Shown here piece by piece: positions 20,812-29,529 of a stretch of DNA of 64,000 bases. Below the pieces are notes generated by a model. It did no database searches. It was given only the letters and a program-made list of their open reading frames with translations, and was not told the origin of the DNA. Each line of letters opens with the position of its first letter. The first letter of the stretch is position 1. The DNA is taken from contig OZ244048.1 of NCBI GenBank assembly GCA_965215265.1, positions 4,672,001 through 4,736,000 of the forward strand, in the 5' to 3' direction. Source of the DNA: Candidatus Poribacteria bacterium. Lineage in GTDB: Bacteria; Poribacteria; WGA-4E; WGA-3G. The position numbers and the translations under genes were made by a program.

Positions 20812-23016
20812 TCACACCGAAACCTCCACAATCGTCATGGTATCATTGCCGAAAATGTCTACGACTTTGACAGCGAGTTTGTACCGGCCCGGCGGGCATT
20901 CATGGGCCACGCTAGTCAATTCCAACGAGCGATCTTTCTTGGTGCGGAAGCTCTGCCACTCATTTTCAAAGACGTAGTCGCCTGTCCACTGCTCTTCCCA
21001 CTCGCCTGTGTCGGGATGTTGCACTCGGATAATTTCACGTTTGCTCTCGAAGTCAAAATCAACAGACCAGTAATCGATCCAGTCTGTCCAGTGCTTGGTC
21101 AATACTTCGCGGCTATAAACGCCGTCTGCATCTCTGCTGATTTTCACAACTTGTCCCTGCTCTACCACGATGCGACTGCCTTTCTTTCTGAGCTTCTCCT
21201 CAGCATGAGCGATAGAATCCTGCGAGTAAAACACGGAGAAGTCCGTTAGTTCAACGGCTACGGTAGAGCAACCCCTATCTTTTTCTGCTGATGTGATAAT
21301 CGGCTTAGCTTCAATAAACGCCACATCGTGGAACACGACCTGCCCTTGCTCCACTGCACGCTTGTCAAATACCTCGGCAGGGATGTATTTCGGTAGGAGG
21401 TCAATCCCTTTGCTTTTGGCTTCCCCTAAGAGGTTCGGAAAAAGTCCCATTTCAAATTCAAACCCGAGGATGTCCACGCGCGTGATGCGATGCTTACGGC
21501 ATTCAAGGATGATTTCCTCGACGAATAGGCGCGTTACGGGCAGATTGACGGGCCCAACTGCCACAAGCCGCCCCGCTTTTACGCCTTGAAAAGCGATGAA
21601 ACCGTCAGCCTTTTCAGCCGCATACGCGCGCAGGATGAGGTCGATGAACGCCGCCTCTTTTTCCTCTCGTTGACGTTGTGCTAATTTTTCACGAACCCTC
21701 TCTAACTCCCCTTTGTCAGAGGGATAACTTAACTCATGATAAGGGGGGGGGGGTTGGACGGTTGCACCGATGTAGTGCTGCCGTTCATACTTGCCGAGGT
21801 TGAGAATTTCAAAAGCCCGGTAGTCTTTGCCATCCGCCTTCAGTTGCCTCTGCACAGCAATCATCCGCTTGCGCGTCGTATGGATAGCGAACTTACCAAG
21901 ATCCGTTGCAATCCACTTGCGCCCTAACTTTTCAGCAACGGCGGCAGTCGTGCCGGAGCCACAGAAAAAGTCAGCGACAAGGTCGCCGTCGTTGGACGAG
22001 GCTTTGATGATACGCTCGAGGAGGGCTTCCCTTTTTTGAGTGGGATAGTTCAAATATTCTGCAGACCTAGCATCTTGTTGAAAAGAATTAATGTCATGCC
22101 AAGTATCAGGAACCGCTATGCCTTGAAGTTCATCAAGATACTGTTTTTTCCCGCTGCCTCTGTCTCTATATTTTCTGCCATCTGCATCAACCCTTTTGAA
22201 TATTTTTAAATACTTCTCATCATAAGGTAAAAACTGTTTATTGAAAATTTTTCTATCGTGATTTTTTGAATAGAACAGAATTGTCTCGTGGCTTCTTATC
22301 CAATTATTAACTGCGGATTTGTAGCCTGACTTTGTATCAAAGAACCAAATCACCTCCCGTTCAAAATTATTCTTATTTCCAAATATTTCATCTAAGAGCA
22401 GACGAACATGGCTATTCACCCGCCAATCACAATGCACGTAAATACTGCCGTCCTCGCTCAGCAGATCGTACATCAGTGCCAACCGTTCATAAATCATAGC
22501 AAGGAAGGAGTCTGTGCCTTTGCCCCAGGTGTCACGGTAGGCAATCTCTTCAAGGATGTTTGGTGCTTTGGGAAAGGGTTCCTCATCCTCACCAATCTTG
22601 ATATTTATAGAAAAATCCGCACCCACGTCAAACGGTGGGTCGATATAGATGAGTTTGAGTCCGCCTTGTGCTTCAATCTCCTCACGCATCGGTCCGTTCT
22701 TGAGCGATGACAAAACCAATTTGTTATCGCCCCAGGTCAGCTTATTCGTCCATCCTTTAAGTTGGCGGCCGCGCTCGTCGAAAAGGGCGAGTTGCTGCCC
22801 GGTCGTTTCTGGTTTCTCTGTACGTGGTTCATCTACCTGCTCGATGGTCTGGAACGGGAGGACGGTGTTGCCCACTTCGCCGGTCTTGCCGTTCCAGACG
22901 AGTTCTACTTCGCGTTTGTCGTCGAAGAGCAGAAAGCGGTATTTGTCGGGGAGTGGTTTGTCTGCCTCAATAAAGCGGATGATTTCTTGTTGTTCTTGTT
23001 CAGTGAGTCGTGGCAT
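20812..23016 (-). CDS. mod: Type III-like restriction-modification DNA methyltransferase (Mod, beta-class N6A/N4C)
   Basis: GDNKL, IYIDPPF (motif IV), YPTQK, DFFCGSGTT (motif I); AT-rich central TRD. Confidence 0.9.
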   Translation of the reverse strand: MPRLTEQEQQEIIRFIEADKPLPDKYRFLLFDDKREVELVWNGKTGEVGNTVLPFQTIEQVDEPRTEKPETTGQQLALFDERGRQLKGWTNKLTWGDNKLVLSSLKNGPMREEIEAQGGLKLIYIDPPFDVGADFSINIKIGEDEEPFPKAPNILEEIAYRDTWGKGTDSFLAMIYERLALMYDLLSEDGSIYVHCDWRVNSHVRLLLDEIFGNKNNFEREVIWFFDTKSGYKSAVNNWIRSHETILFYSKNHDRKIFNKQFLPYDEKYLKIFKRVDADGRKYRDRGSGKKQYLDELQGIAVPDTWHDINSFQQDARSAEYLNYPTQKREALLERIIKASSNDGDLVADFFCGSGTTAAVAEKLGRKWIATDLGKFAIHTTRKRMIAVQRQLKADGKDYRAFEILNLGKYERQHYIGATVQPPPPYHELSYPSDKGELERVREKLAQRQREEKEAAFIDLILRAYAAEKADGFIAFQGVKAGRLVAVGPVNLPVTRLFVEEIILECRKHRITRVDILGFEFEMGLFPNLLGEAKSKGIDLLPKYIPAEVFDKRAVEQGQVVFHDVAFIEAKPIITSAEKDRGCSTVAVELTDFSVFYSQDSIAHAEEKLRKKGSRIVVEQGQVVKISRDADGVYSREVLTKHWTDWIDYWSVDFDFESKREIIRVQHPDTGEWEEQWTGDYVFENEWQSFRTKKDRSLELTSVAHECPPGRYKLAVKVVDIFGNDTMTIVEVSV
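21694..21755. repeat. Degenerate palindromic element with G11 tract, in frame in mod
   Basis: AACCCTCTCTAACTCCCCTTTGTCAGAGGG...TGATAA-G11-TT; encodes QPPPPYHELSYPSDKGELERV. Confidence 0.6.
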
Positions 23017-23087
23017 GGGTTTCTCTCATTTCATTAGATTCTTCGGGTTGAGAAACAGGGGGTGTCACTTCTGTAAAACAGAGTTAA

Positions 23088-23689
23088 TTACCAAATTCTG
23101 TCAAGCCCGTAAGTTAGTTCAATATGTGCTTTCATACCTCGGTCAGTAACATTGACAAGATTTTTGAAGAACGCCTCAGTCTCTTGAATCGTCTTGCTCG
23201 TTAGTCGGATTCTCCCACTCGATGATTGTGTCCAATTGTAAGCTGGCATATCAAAACCGTGTGCGAAACTATGGCGAACACGTAATATCTCATTCAATCG
23301 CTCCCGAACCTGCAAGCTTACCATTCCCCGTCGAATCCAGACCCAATCGTCAATTGGATCATATCCTGTGTATTGGACAAGAAGGTTGCGTGTATTTTCC
23401 CAGTTTGGCGTATTAATCTTGTCAAAGCATTTTCTGCTGTGCCCTTAGCGAGTGTGTATACAGCATCAAATTTTAGGTTCAAGGGCTCTGCTATCACATT
23501 GTAGAAGTTACGCACCAAGTTGCTTATGTATGCGTTCCAGGCTGCGACGTAAGCTGCAAGTGCTGCGTGATAGTAAACCTGTTTTTCATCACGCGACGTA
23601 GGTCTCAATCGGCTATCTGTTGCTGTTCTGCGAAGTGTCCGTATGTGACCTACTGCGATGCTGTACTTCAATGCTGCTGGCGATGGCAC
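23088..23689 (-). pseudogene. HEPN-domain RNase-like protein (~200 aa), split by one missing base at 23415-23416
   Basis: Adding one T joins ORFs 23318-23689 and 23088-23324 into ...AAWNAYI...RFNTPNWEN...LNEILRVRHSFAHG, with the Rx4H HEPN motif. Confidence 0.75.
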
Positions 23690-23698
23690 AAGAAACCT

Positions 23699-24820
23699 TT
23701 AAAGATAACTTACAAATTCAGTGAGTGCTTCTCGATACCCCTCTAAAGGTCCAGGGTTGATTTGAACCTGTTTACCGTGAACTTTATTTGGTCCGGCACG
23801 AAGGCTATTTAAAGGTATTCCTTTAATTGTCATAACCACACAAGCACTGTGATAGTCGGGTATTTCTATGAACCTTTCGCTTGGTAACGCTTTCGGTGTT
23901 GCATAGATTTGGCGATGCTTCTTGTGAAGATCATCTAACGTTCTTTTAATAGATGCACTCACTGCCTCGAACGCCATGCTTGCTTTGCCGCGATAAAGGG
24001 TTACGCGGTTACTGACGAAGGTGTGAAGTTTGGGAATATCCAAACCTTCTTCCTTCGCTCTGTTGGTAAAGTTGATTCTCGCATAAGTTTCTATCTTCGG
24101 GTCACCCTCACCGATACTGTATCCATAAAGCAGCGCGACGACATTCTCCACAGCCCTACGCGAACTATCATCAGGTGTAAAAGGCACGACAAGATTTTCG
24201 GCAGCAGCGAGTGCCAATTGGGTGTAGATAGCGAAACTCGGATTACAGTCAATAATGAAGAGCGTATCTCTGTCTCCGCTTCGCTTACGCAACGCGATTG
24301 TTAGATCTTTGATCCAGCAGAGTACCTGTTTCCATGCATTTATTGGGATAGCGAGTTGAGATGTCTGGCGAATCGCCTCCGATAGAATTTCCAACAGATA
24401 ATCGCCGCAAACCAAAAGTAAATTGATTGGAAGCTTTGGGTTAAAGTCCCGAGGGCGACACACATAGGGAGATACATCCTTGATAGACTGAAAGGGAGAA
24501 TTCAGCCGTGCTTCTAGATAGCCCGCGACTGTAGCACGAGGTGTTTTCTCTATCAGTTTGTGTATCACATCATAATTTTTGTGAGTGACATTATAATCAA
24601 TTGGAAACATTTCGTCGGAATTAGTTGAAGACAATTGGTTGGGATTAATTAACGCCTCGGAATTCAGTAGTAACATCTCAGAGATATTTGCCTGCGGGCA
24701 GAGGTCTATAACATAAACATCGGTGCCCGGGTTAGCACGGGCATATTCAGTTGCTGCAACAAAAGCTAAGAAACTTTTGCCAACCCCGCCCTTGTTGTTC
24801 CAGAATGCATAAGTTATCAT
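23699..24820 (-). CDS. ParA/Soj-family ATPase (stand-alone, no ParB)
   Basis: Deviant Walker A WNNKGGVGKS, IDLCPQAN, IDCNPSF. Confidence 0.88.
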   Translation of the reverse strand: MITYAFWNNKGGVGKSFLAFVAATEYARANPGTDVYVIDLCPQANISEMLLLNSEALINPNQLSSTNSDEMFPIDYNVTHKNYDVIHKLIEKTPRATVAGYLEARLNSPFQSIKDVSPYVCRPRDFNPKLPINLLLVCGDYLLEILSEAIRQTSQLAIPINAWKQVLCWIKDLTIALRKRSGDRDTLFIIDCNPSFAIYTQLALAAAENLVVPFTPDDSSRRAVENVVALLYGYSIGEGDPKIETYARINFTNRAKEEGLDIPKLHTFVSNRVTLYRGKASMAFEAVSASIKRTLDDLHKKHRQIYATPKALPSERFIEIPDYHSACVVMTIKGIPLNSLRAGPNKVHGKQVQINPGPLEGYREALTEFVSYL

Positions 24821-24897
24821 AATACAATCCTCTTAAAAGGGAAATTTTATCAACCTCAACCTCAAGAATAGCAGGAACATGGTTCGTTATTCACACG

Positions 24898-27582
24898 CTA
24901 TGAGGTTTTGTACTCGTTGAAGCCGTCGAGCAGCTGCTGAAAGGTTTCCGGTCTATATGTCTCAAAGCTCCCTTGATCGACGTAGACGAAATCATAATCA
25001 ACATCTGACGTGGCTCTGTTGACATCCTCACACCATTGTGCCAGTCGGTGCATCTTGCGCGGTACATCCAGATCTTCTCTGCCCTTGGTTTCGACGACAA
25101 TCACGCGTCCGTCCGTCAACTTGACGAGGAAGTCCGGGTAGTAATTGGCGATGTCTCCGTCTGCGGTGACGTAATCGAGTTTAAAATGCACCGCATAGTA
25201 GTTTTTAGCGTAGGCAGTGACATCGGGGCAGTTTTCCAAAAATGCAGCGAATTTTAATTCAAGATTCCTATCCCCGGTAATTTTATTGAACACGGATTTT
25301 TGGGGAATTAAGTATTTCTGCTCTTTCACCATAAAAGGTTGCGTATCTTGCACTCTGACCGTCTCGCTCAATTGTGCATTCCCTTTATCCCGTATCGTGA
25401 GCGCGTTAATGGCACGCTTGAAAGTCTCGATGACGGTTTTCGTAGCCGGGCTTTCCGCCAGATTGCTCAAAGTAAAGGGGTTATCCAACGCCACCGTCTC
25501 GCCAAACAGGTGGTGCTGAACAAACTTCTTCACCTTTGGGTATAGCACCTCATAACCGCTGACGAGTCGTAACTCTTTCATGATCGTCTGTGCGAAATAG
25601 CCGAGTGCACTGCGGTAATCTTCAACCCCGGGGCCCTCCATTACTGTGGTATGGGAAACTTCGCCCGTTGTCATGTATTCAAACCTAATTTCCCGGATCT
25701 CCGTTTCGAGGGACTCCTGATAGGTTATAGGGACAAACTCAAGTTGTGCAAGATCCAAGTCAGCCAGATTTTTGTATTCACGATAGACGCGGCGCGTGAG
25801 TATCGGAATCTCAATATCGAGTGCGTCGATGTGCTTGTTAGGGTTCTCTTTATCGACCTCAATTACGAGCGGGGTTTTGGGTTTCGTGGCTTCACCCATG
25901 GGTTGACGTTCTAATTCGACACCCTCCTCTTGGATTTGCTCAATGAAATCCATGAAGGCCTTGGTTCCGACCACGCTCACAGATTCGTTCACTGCGTTGG
26001 GATACATCCGGCGGAGCCCGCGGCCTAACGTCTGCTCCGGTAAAATGTTGCTTTTGGCGGAATAGGCCCGGAGTCCGACAATGGTTGTAACGTTTTTGAC
26101 ATCCCATCCCTCCTTGAGCATCAACACGGAGACGATCGCCTTGTAGGGGTTATCCGGTGAATCAATCTCATTTGCCTGTTTACGGAGTTTCTCTAATTCT
26201 TCTTTGCTCTTACCGGATGTCGCTTCTGAAATTTCACCATTTTTCTTGGTGTGAATCACCAGAACAGAATTTTTGAGTTGTGGGTAGCGTTTTTCCAGAT
26301 AATCCGCGACTTCATCGCAGTTTTTGGTATCATCAGTCATCACAAACAGGATGGCTTTCTTTCCGAGTTTTTCATGTTCTACGAATGCTTTTTGCCACTC
26401 AATGATGCCGAGTTCAAGGTAATCAGCGTATTTCTCTGTGTATTTCGCGCTTTGCCGCTCAACAAGTTTCGTTCTGCTCTCTGCATCGGGGAGCACCGGG
26501 TGCTTGACCACGTTTTGCGAGATTGCCTCGACGAGGGGATAATCTGCGACCGTCTGTACAAAAATTGCGCCGTCGTTATGCTTAGGTGTGGCGGTTACGT
26601 CCACTTGTAATGCGAGTTCACTGCCTTTTTGCAAGAGACGGTTGTGGATATCCTCAATGGACTTGAACCATGCCATCTGAGGGTTATGGATATGATGTGC
26701 CTCATCGTTGAGCACCATCAGTTCGTCTATGTCCCGTACAATATCTCCGAGGTCTACCTTAGAGTCTGTGGTTGCGCCTGTGGGTTTTTTGCCGAAGAAG
26801 TAGTCCATACTATTGTCATCGTGCGGTGAGGGGTGGGCCTGGTCACTGGGATAGACACGGTGGATATTGGTTAGAAAGATGTTGCTGGTGGGTTGGGTGA
26901 CGCGGGCTTCATCCTGCAGGTGTAACGTCAGTTGAAAATCGTCGCGCCAGTTGTGCCCTTCAAAACCGTTGTTGGGTAACACCGGGTCTTCAGAGAAGAT
27001 ACGCAGCCCCTGAAAATCGTGATAGAGGCGGTCAAGCACAATGATATTAGGGGCGATAACGAGAAAGTTTCGCGAGAGTTGGGAGTCTGGTTCATACAGT
27101 TTGTGAAAGAAACTCCAGGCAATTGCAAGGCTCATCACCTTTGTTTTTCCTGTCCCTGTTGCCATTTTTATGACAAACCGTCGCCAGTTTTCGTCAAATA
27201 GTCCGGTCGAAATAGTGCCGGAACTGTCAAAGCGCATCAGATCAAATTTATTCCTCACTTTGACGACATCATGAAGATAGATGATGGTTTCGAGTGCCTC
27301 GCGTTGTGCGAAGTAATACTGAAACTTGCTCGCTCTGCCATCTGGCTGTTCTCGTGGGTGCGGCGTATTAAACCACCAATTGAGAAGTGCCCGGCTTGTC
27401 TCGGAAGCACCTTTGTAGTTGTCATCGCGCCACGTTTTGACCTGCTTTCGGATTTTTTGGACAAGCGGGGGCAGTAACATGCCATAGGGGGCTTCACGCA
27501 GCAGTGTTTCATCCGGAAGCCAGCGTACTGAAGGATCCATTATTGCGTATGGAGATTCGGGGAAGTCCCTGTGTAGTGCCAT
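24898..27582 (-). CDS. res: Type III-like restriction endonuclease subunit (Res): SF2 helicase/ATPase + PD-(D/E)xK nuclease
   Basis: MATGTGKT, NDEAHH, TATP, EGWDV, EQTLGRGLR, YYPDFLV...VETKG. Confidence 0.9.
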   Translation of the reverse strand: MALHRDFPESPYAIMDPSVRWLPDETLLREAPYGMLLPPLVQKIRKQVKTWRDDNYKGASETSRALLNWWFNTPHPREQPDGRASKFQYYFAQREALETIIYLHDVVKVRNKFDLMRFDSSGTISTGLFDENWRRFVIKMATGTGKTKVMSLAIAWSFFHKLYEPDSQLSRNFLVIAPNIIVLDRLYHDFQGLRIFSEDPVLPNNGFEGHNWRDDFQLTLHLQDEARVTQPTSNIFLTNIHRVYPSDQAHPSPHDDNSMDYFFGKKPTGATTDSKVDLGDIVRDIDELMVLNDEAHHIHNPQMAWFKSIEDIHNRLLQKGSELALQVDVTATPKHNDGAIFVQTVADYPLVEAISQNVVKHPVLPDAESRTKLVERQSAKYTEKYADYLELGIIEWQKAFVEHEKLGKKAILFVMTDDTKNCDEVADYLEKRYPQLKNSVLVIHTKKNGEISEATSGKSKEELEKLRKQANEIDSPDNPYKAIVSVLMLKEGWDVKNVTTIVGLRAYSAKSNILPEQTLGRGLRRMYPNAVNESVSVVGTKAFMDFIEQIQEEGVELERQPMGEATKPKTPLVIEVDKENPNKHIDALDIEIPILTRRVYREYKNLADLDLAQLEFVPITYQESLETEIREIRFEYMTTGEVSHTTVMEGPGVEDYRSALGYFAQTIMKELRLVSGYEVLYPKVKKFVQHHLFGETVALDNPFTLSNLAESPATKTVIETFKRAINALTIRDKGNAQLSETVRVQDTQPFMVKEQKYLIPQKSVFNKITGDRNLELKFAAFLENCPDVTAYAKNYYAVHFKLDYVTADGDIANYYPDFLVKLTDGRVIVVETKGREDLDVPRKMHRLAQWCEDVNRATSDVDYDFVYVDQGSFETYRPETFQQLLDGFNEYKTS

Positions 27583-27638
27583 CTTTCTCTTTTTCCTTAT
27601 TGACTGGAACACCTTAGCTTAATTAACAGATGTATTAA

Positions 27639-27668
27639 AGTTTAGCACAAAGTGGTATTGAATGTCAA
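27639..27668 (-). promoter_or_regulatory. Putative sigma70 promoter of the res-parA-HEPN-mod unit
   Basis: TTGACA-18 bp-TAAACT with TGn on the minus strand. Confidence 0.5.
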
Positions 27669-27714
27669 CCGATATTTTTTGTCGAACACTTGTGAGAAAG
27701 GGGTTGAGCAGATA

Positions 27715-27804
27715 CCGCTTCGGGGATGACTGACACGGTTTCTCACAGAAATACCCCGCCATCGCTCCTACCGTCAACTTATAAAAAAAATGGGCGGAAG
27801 TGAG
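27715..27804 (+). mobile_element. Solo diverged right end of the IS/MITE family found at 35839-36225
   Basis: AAAAAAAATGGGCGGAAGTGAG matches the MITE TIR (2 mismatches vs reverse complement of left TIR); upstream CCG.TTCGGG...CACGG.TTTCTCACA also shared. Confidence 0.65.
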
Positions 27805-27909
27805 AGATCGCATCTATCTTTTTCTTTCAAAGCCTTAACGAACTGCAGACAACGCTGCTATAATTGAAAATGTGTATAACATTAAGAAAGTATGGAGAGG
27901 CTAACGGGT

Positions 27910-28630
27910 ATGCCCCAAGAACGCGATAGCGCCGTGAAATATTTGATGCACCTCAACACGCTACCGTTCGTCAAATTTATACTTGGCGAACTTGCCGGAG
28001 GAAAGATGGAGATAGTGGAAATCGTTGACACGCAACAGCCGAAGTTCGTCTCCCATGAAGGCAACAGCACTGTGAAAGTGAAGATCGATGGCAAACCAAT
28101 GATTGTGCATATCGAATTTCAAGTCACCGACAGCGCGCAGCCGATGTGGGCAAGGCTTGCGACTTACTCTGGCTATCTCATCGGCATACACCAATACCCC
28201 GTCTACTGTACAGTGGTCTATCTCCGTCCAACGGCAGGACGCAAAGACCCCGGAGGCTACGCTTATGACGTAGGCCACTTCAAATACCTCTTGCAATATA
28301 AGGTTCTCCGGCTCAGTGAAGTCGATGGAGAATCCGTCTTACAACAACAAGTACCGGAGTTACTACCGTTCACGGGACTCATGAAACGCCCGGCAGGGAT
28401 GGGCTAAAGGCGTGGCTAGAAAGGTGCGTTGCCAGTGCAACCTCACCGGACCTGCTGATTGACGACACCACCCGCGCAGATCTGATAGCACTCTTCAAGG
28501 GACTTACCGAAACCGTTTGCGGTATAGAGATAATCAAGCAGCTTATAGAGGAGAAACTCATGGAAAAATCCAGTTTCCTTCAGGAATATATTCAACGCGG
28601 CCTCCAACAAGGGCGCGAAGAAGGGGTGAG
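27910..28630 (+). pseudogene. Rpn-family (recombination-promoting nuclease/putative transposase-like) protein, frameshifted at 28401-28403, probably 3'-truncated
   Basis: VHIEFQ, PVYCTVVYLRP, LLPFTGLMK; shifted frame continues WLERCV...LMEKSSFLQEYIQRGLQQGREEG. Confidence 0.75.
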
Positions 28631-28653
28631 TAATTGGAAATCGGGATGTTATA

Positions 28654-29484
28654 CTATGATGACTTGTTCATATCAAGCTCCGCCATCGTTCTGAGGTTTA
28701 ACAAAGGTGTCATGACACCGCCGGCGGCCGGGAGGACAACGCCGGTGTCGTAAAGTTTCATGGCTGCGACGGTGGCGTGTGCCACATCCTCCGGTGTGCC
28801 GGGGCGTACCATGAAAATGTAGCCTTTTTCGGCTGCTTCTTCGTAATCTGGGACACGGACGCGTGAGAGATCGGTATCAATCACGCCTGCAGCAATCCCG
28901 TTCACCTTGATTCCGTGTGCTGCTAATCTTCCGGCATACGCACGCATGCTCATTTCTAATCCGGCTTTTGAGATGCAGTAAGCTGTCCGATTATCTGATG
29001 CCATTGTATCGGAGATTGAGAGCGTATAGATGATGCACCCACGAATGTCGTTGTCTATCATGTAGTTTGCGACACGTTGGGTGAGAAAATGTGGTGCCTT
29101 GAGGTTCGTATTGATCAGTAAGTCAAACTGTTCCGGGCTCTCTTCAAGGATATCCGCAATTCGGGTGATACCGGCGTTATTAATGAGGATATCTACCTTT
29201 CCGAAGGCATCGTGGGCGGTGTCAAGTAGTTTTGGGTGCCCATCTATGTCACTGATATCCGCTTTCAAAATAACTGCTTTTCTCCCAAGCGTTTCGACGG
29301 CCTGTTGAACCTCTAGGGCAGCATCGCGATTTTGGTTGTAGTTTATTAGGACGTTTGCCCCTTGGCGTGCTAATTCAATAGCAATTGCACGGCCGATGCC
29401 GCGACTGGAGCCTGTGACGATGGCAGCTTTGTCGGTGAGTGAAACGTCTGTTGCAAAAAAACCGATGTCTGTATGTCTGTTCAT
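28654..29484 (-). CDS. SDR family oxidoreductase
   Basis: TGSSRGIG, NNAG, YCISK. Confidence 0.92.
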   Translation of the reverse strand: MNRHTDIGFFATDVSLTDKAAIVTGSSRGIGRAIAIELARQGANVLINYNQNRDAALEVQQAVETLGRKAVILKADISDIDGHPKLLDTAHDAFGKVDILINNAGITRIADILEESPEQFDLLINTNLKAPHFLTQRVANYMIDNDIRGCIIYTLSISDTMASDNRTAYCISKAGLEMSMRAYAGRLAAHGIKVNGIAAGVIDTDLSRVRVPDYEEAAEKGYIFMVRPGTPEDVAHATVAAMKLYDTGVVLPAAGGVMTPLLNLRTMAELDMNKSS

Positions 29485-29529
29485 AACTTTGTCCTTTTTT
29501 TAAGCACGTAAAACTGACAGTTTACGGTA

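Noticed and set aside
23699-24820. ParA as a plasmid or chromosome partition gene
   Set aside because: No ParB, parS or rep nearby; embedded in an RM locus and coupled to HEPN
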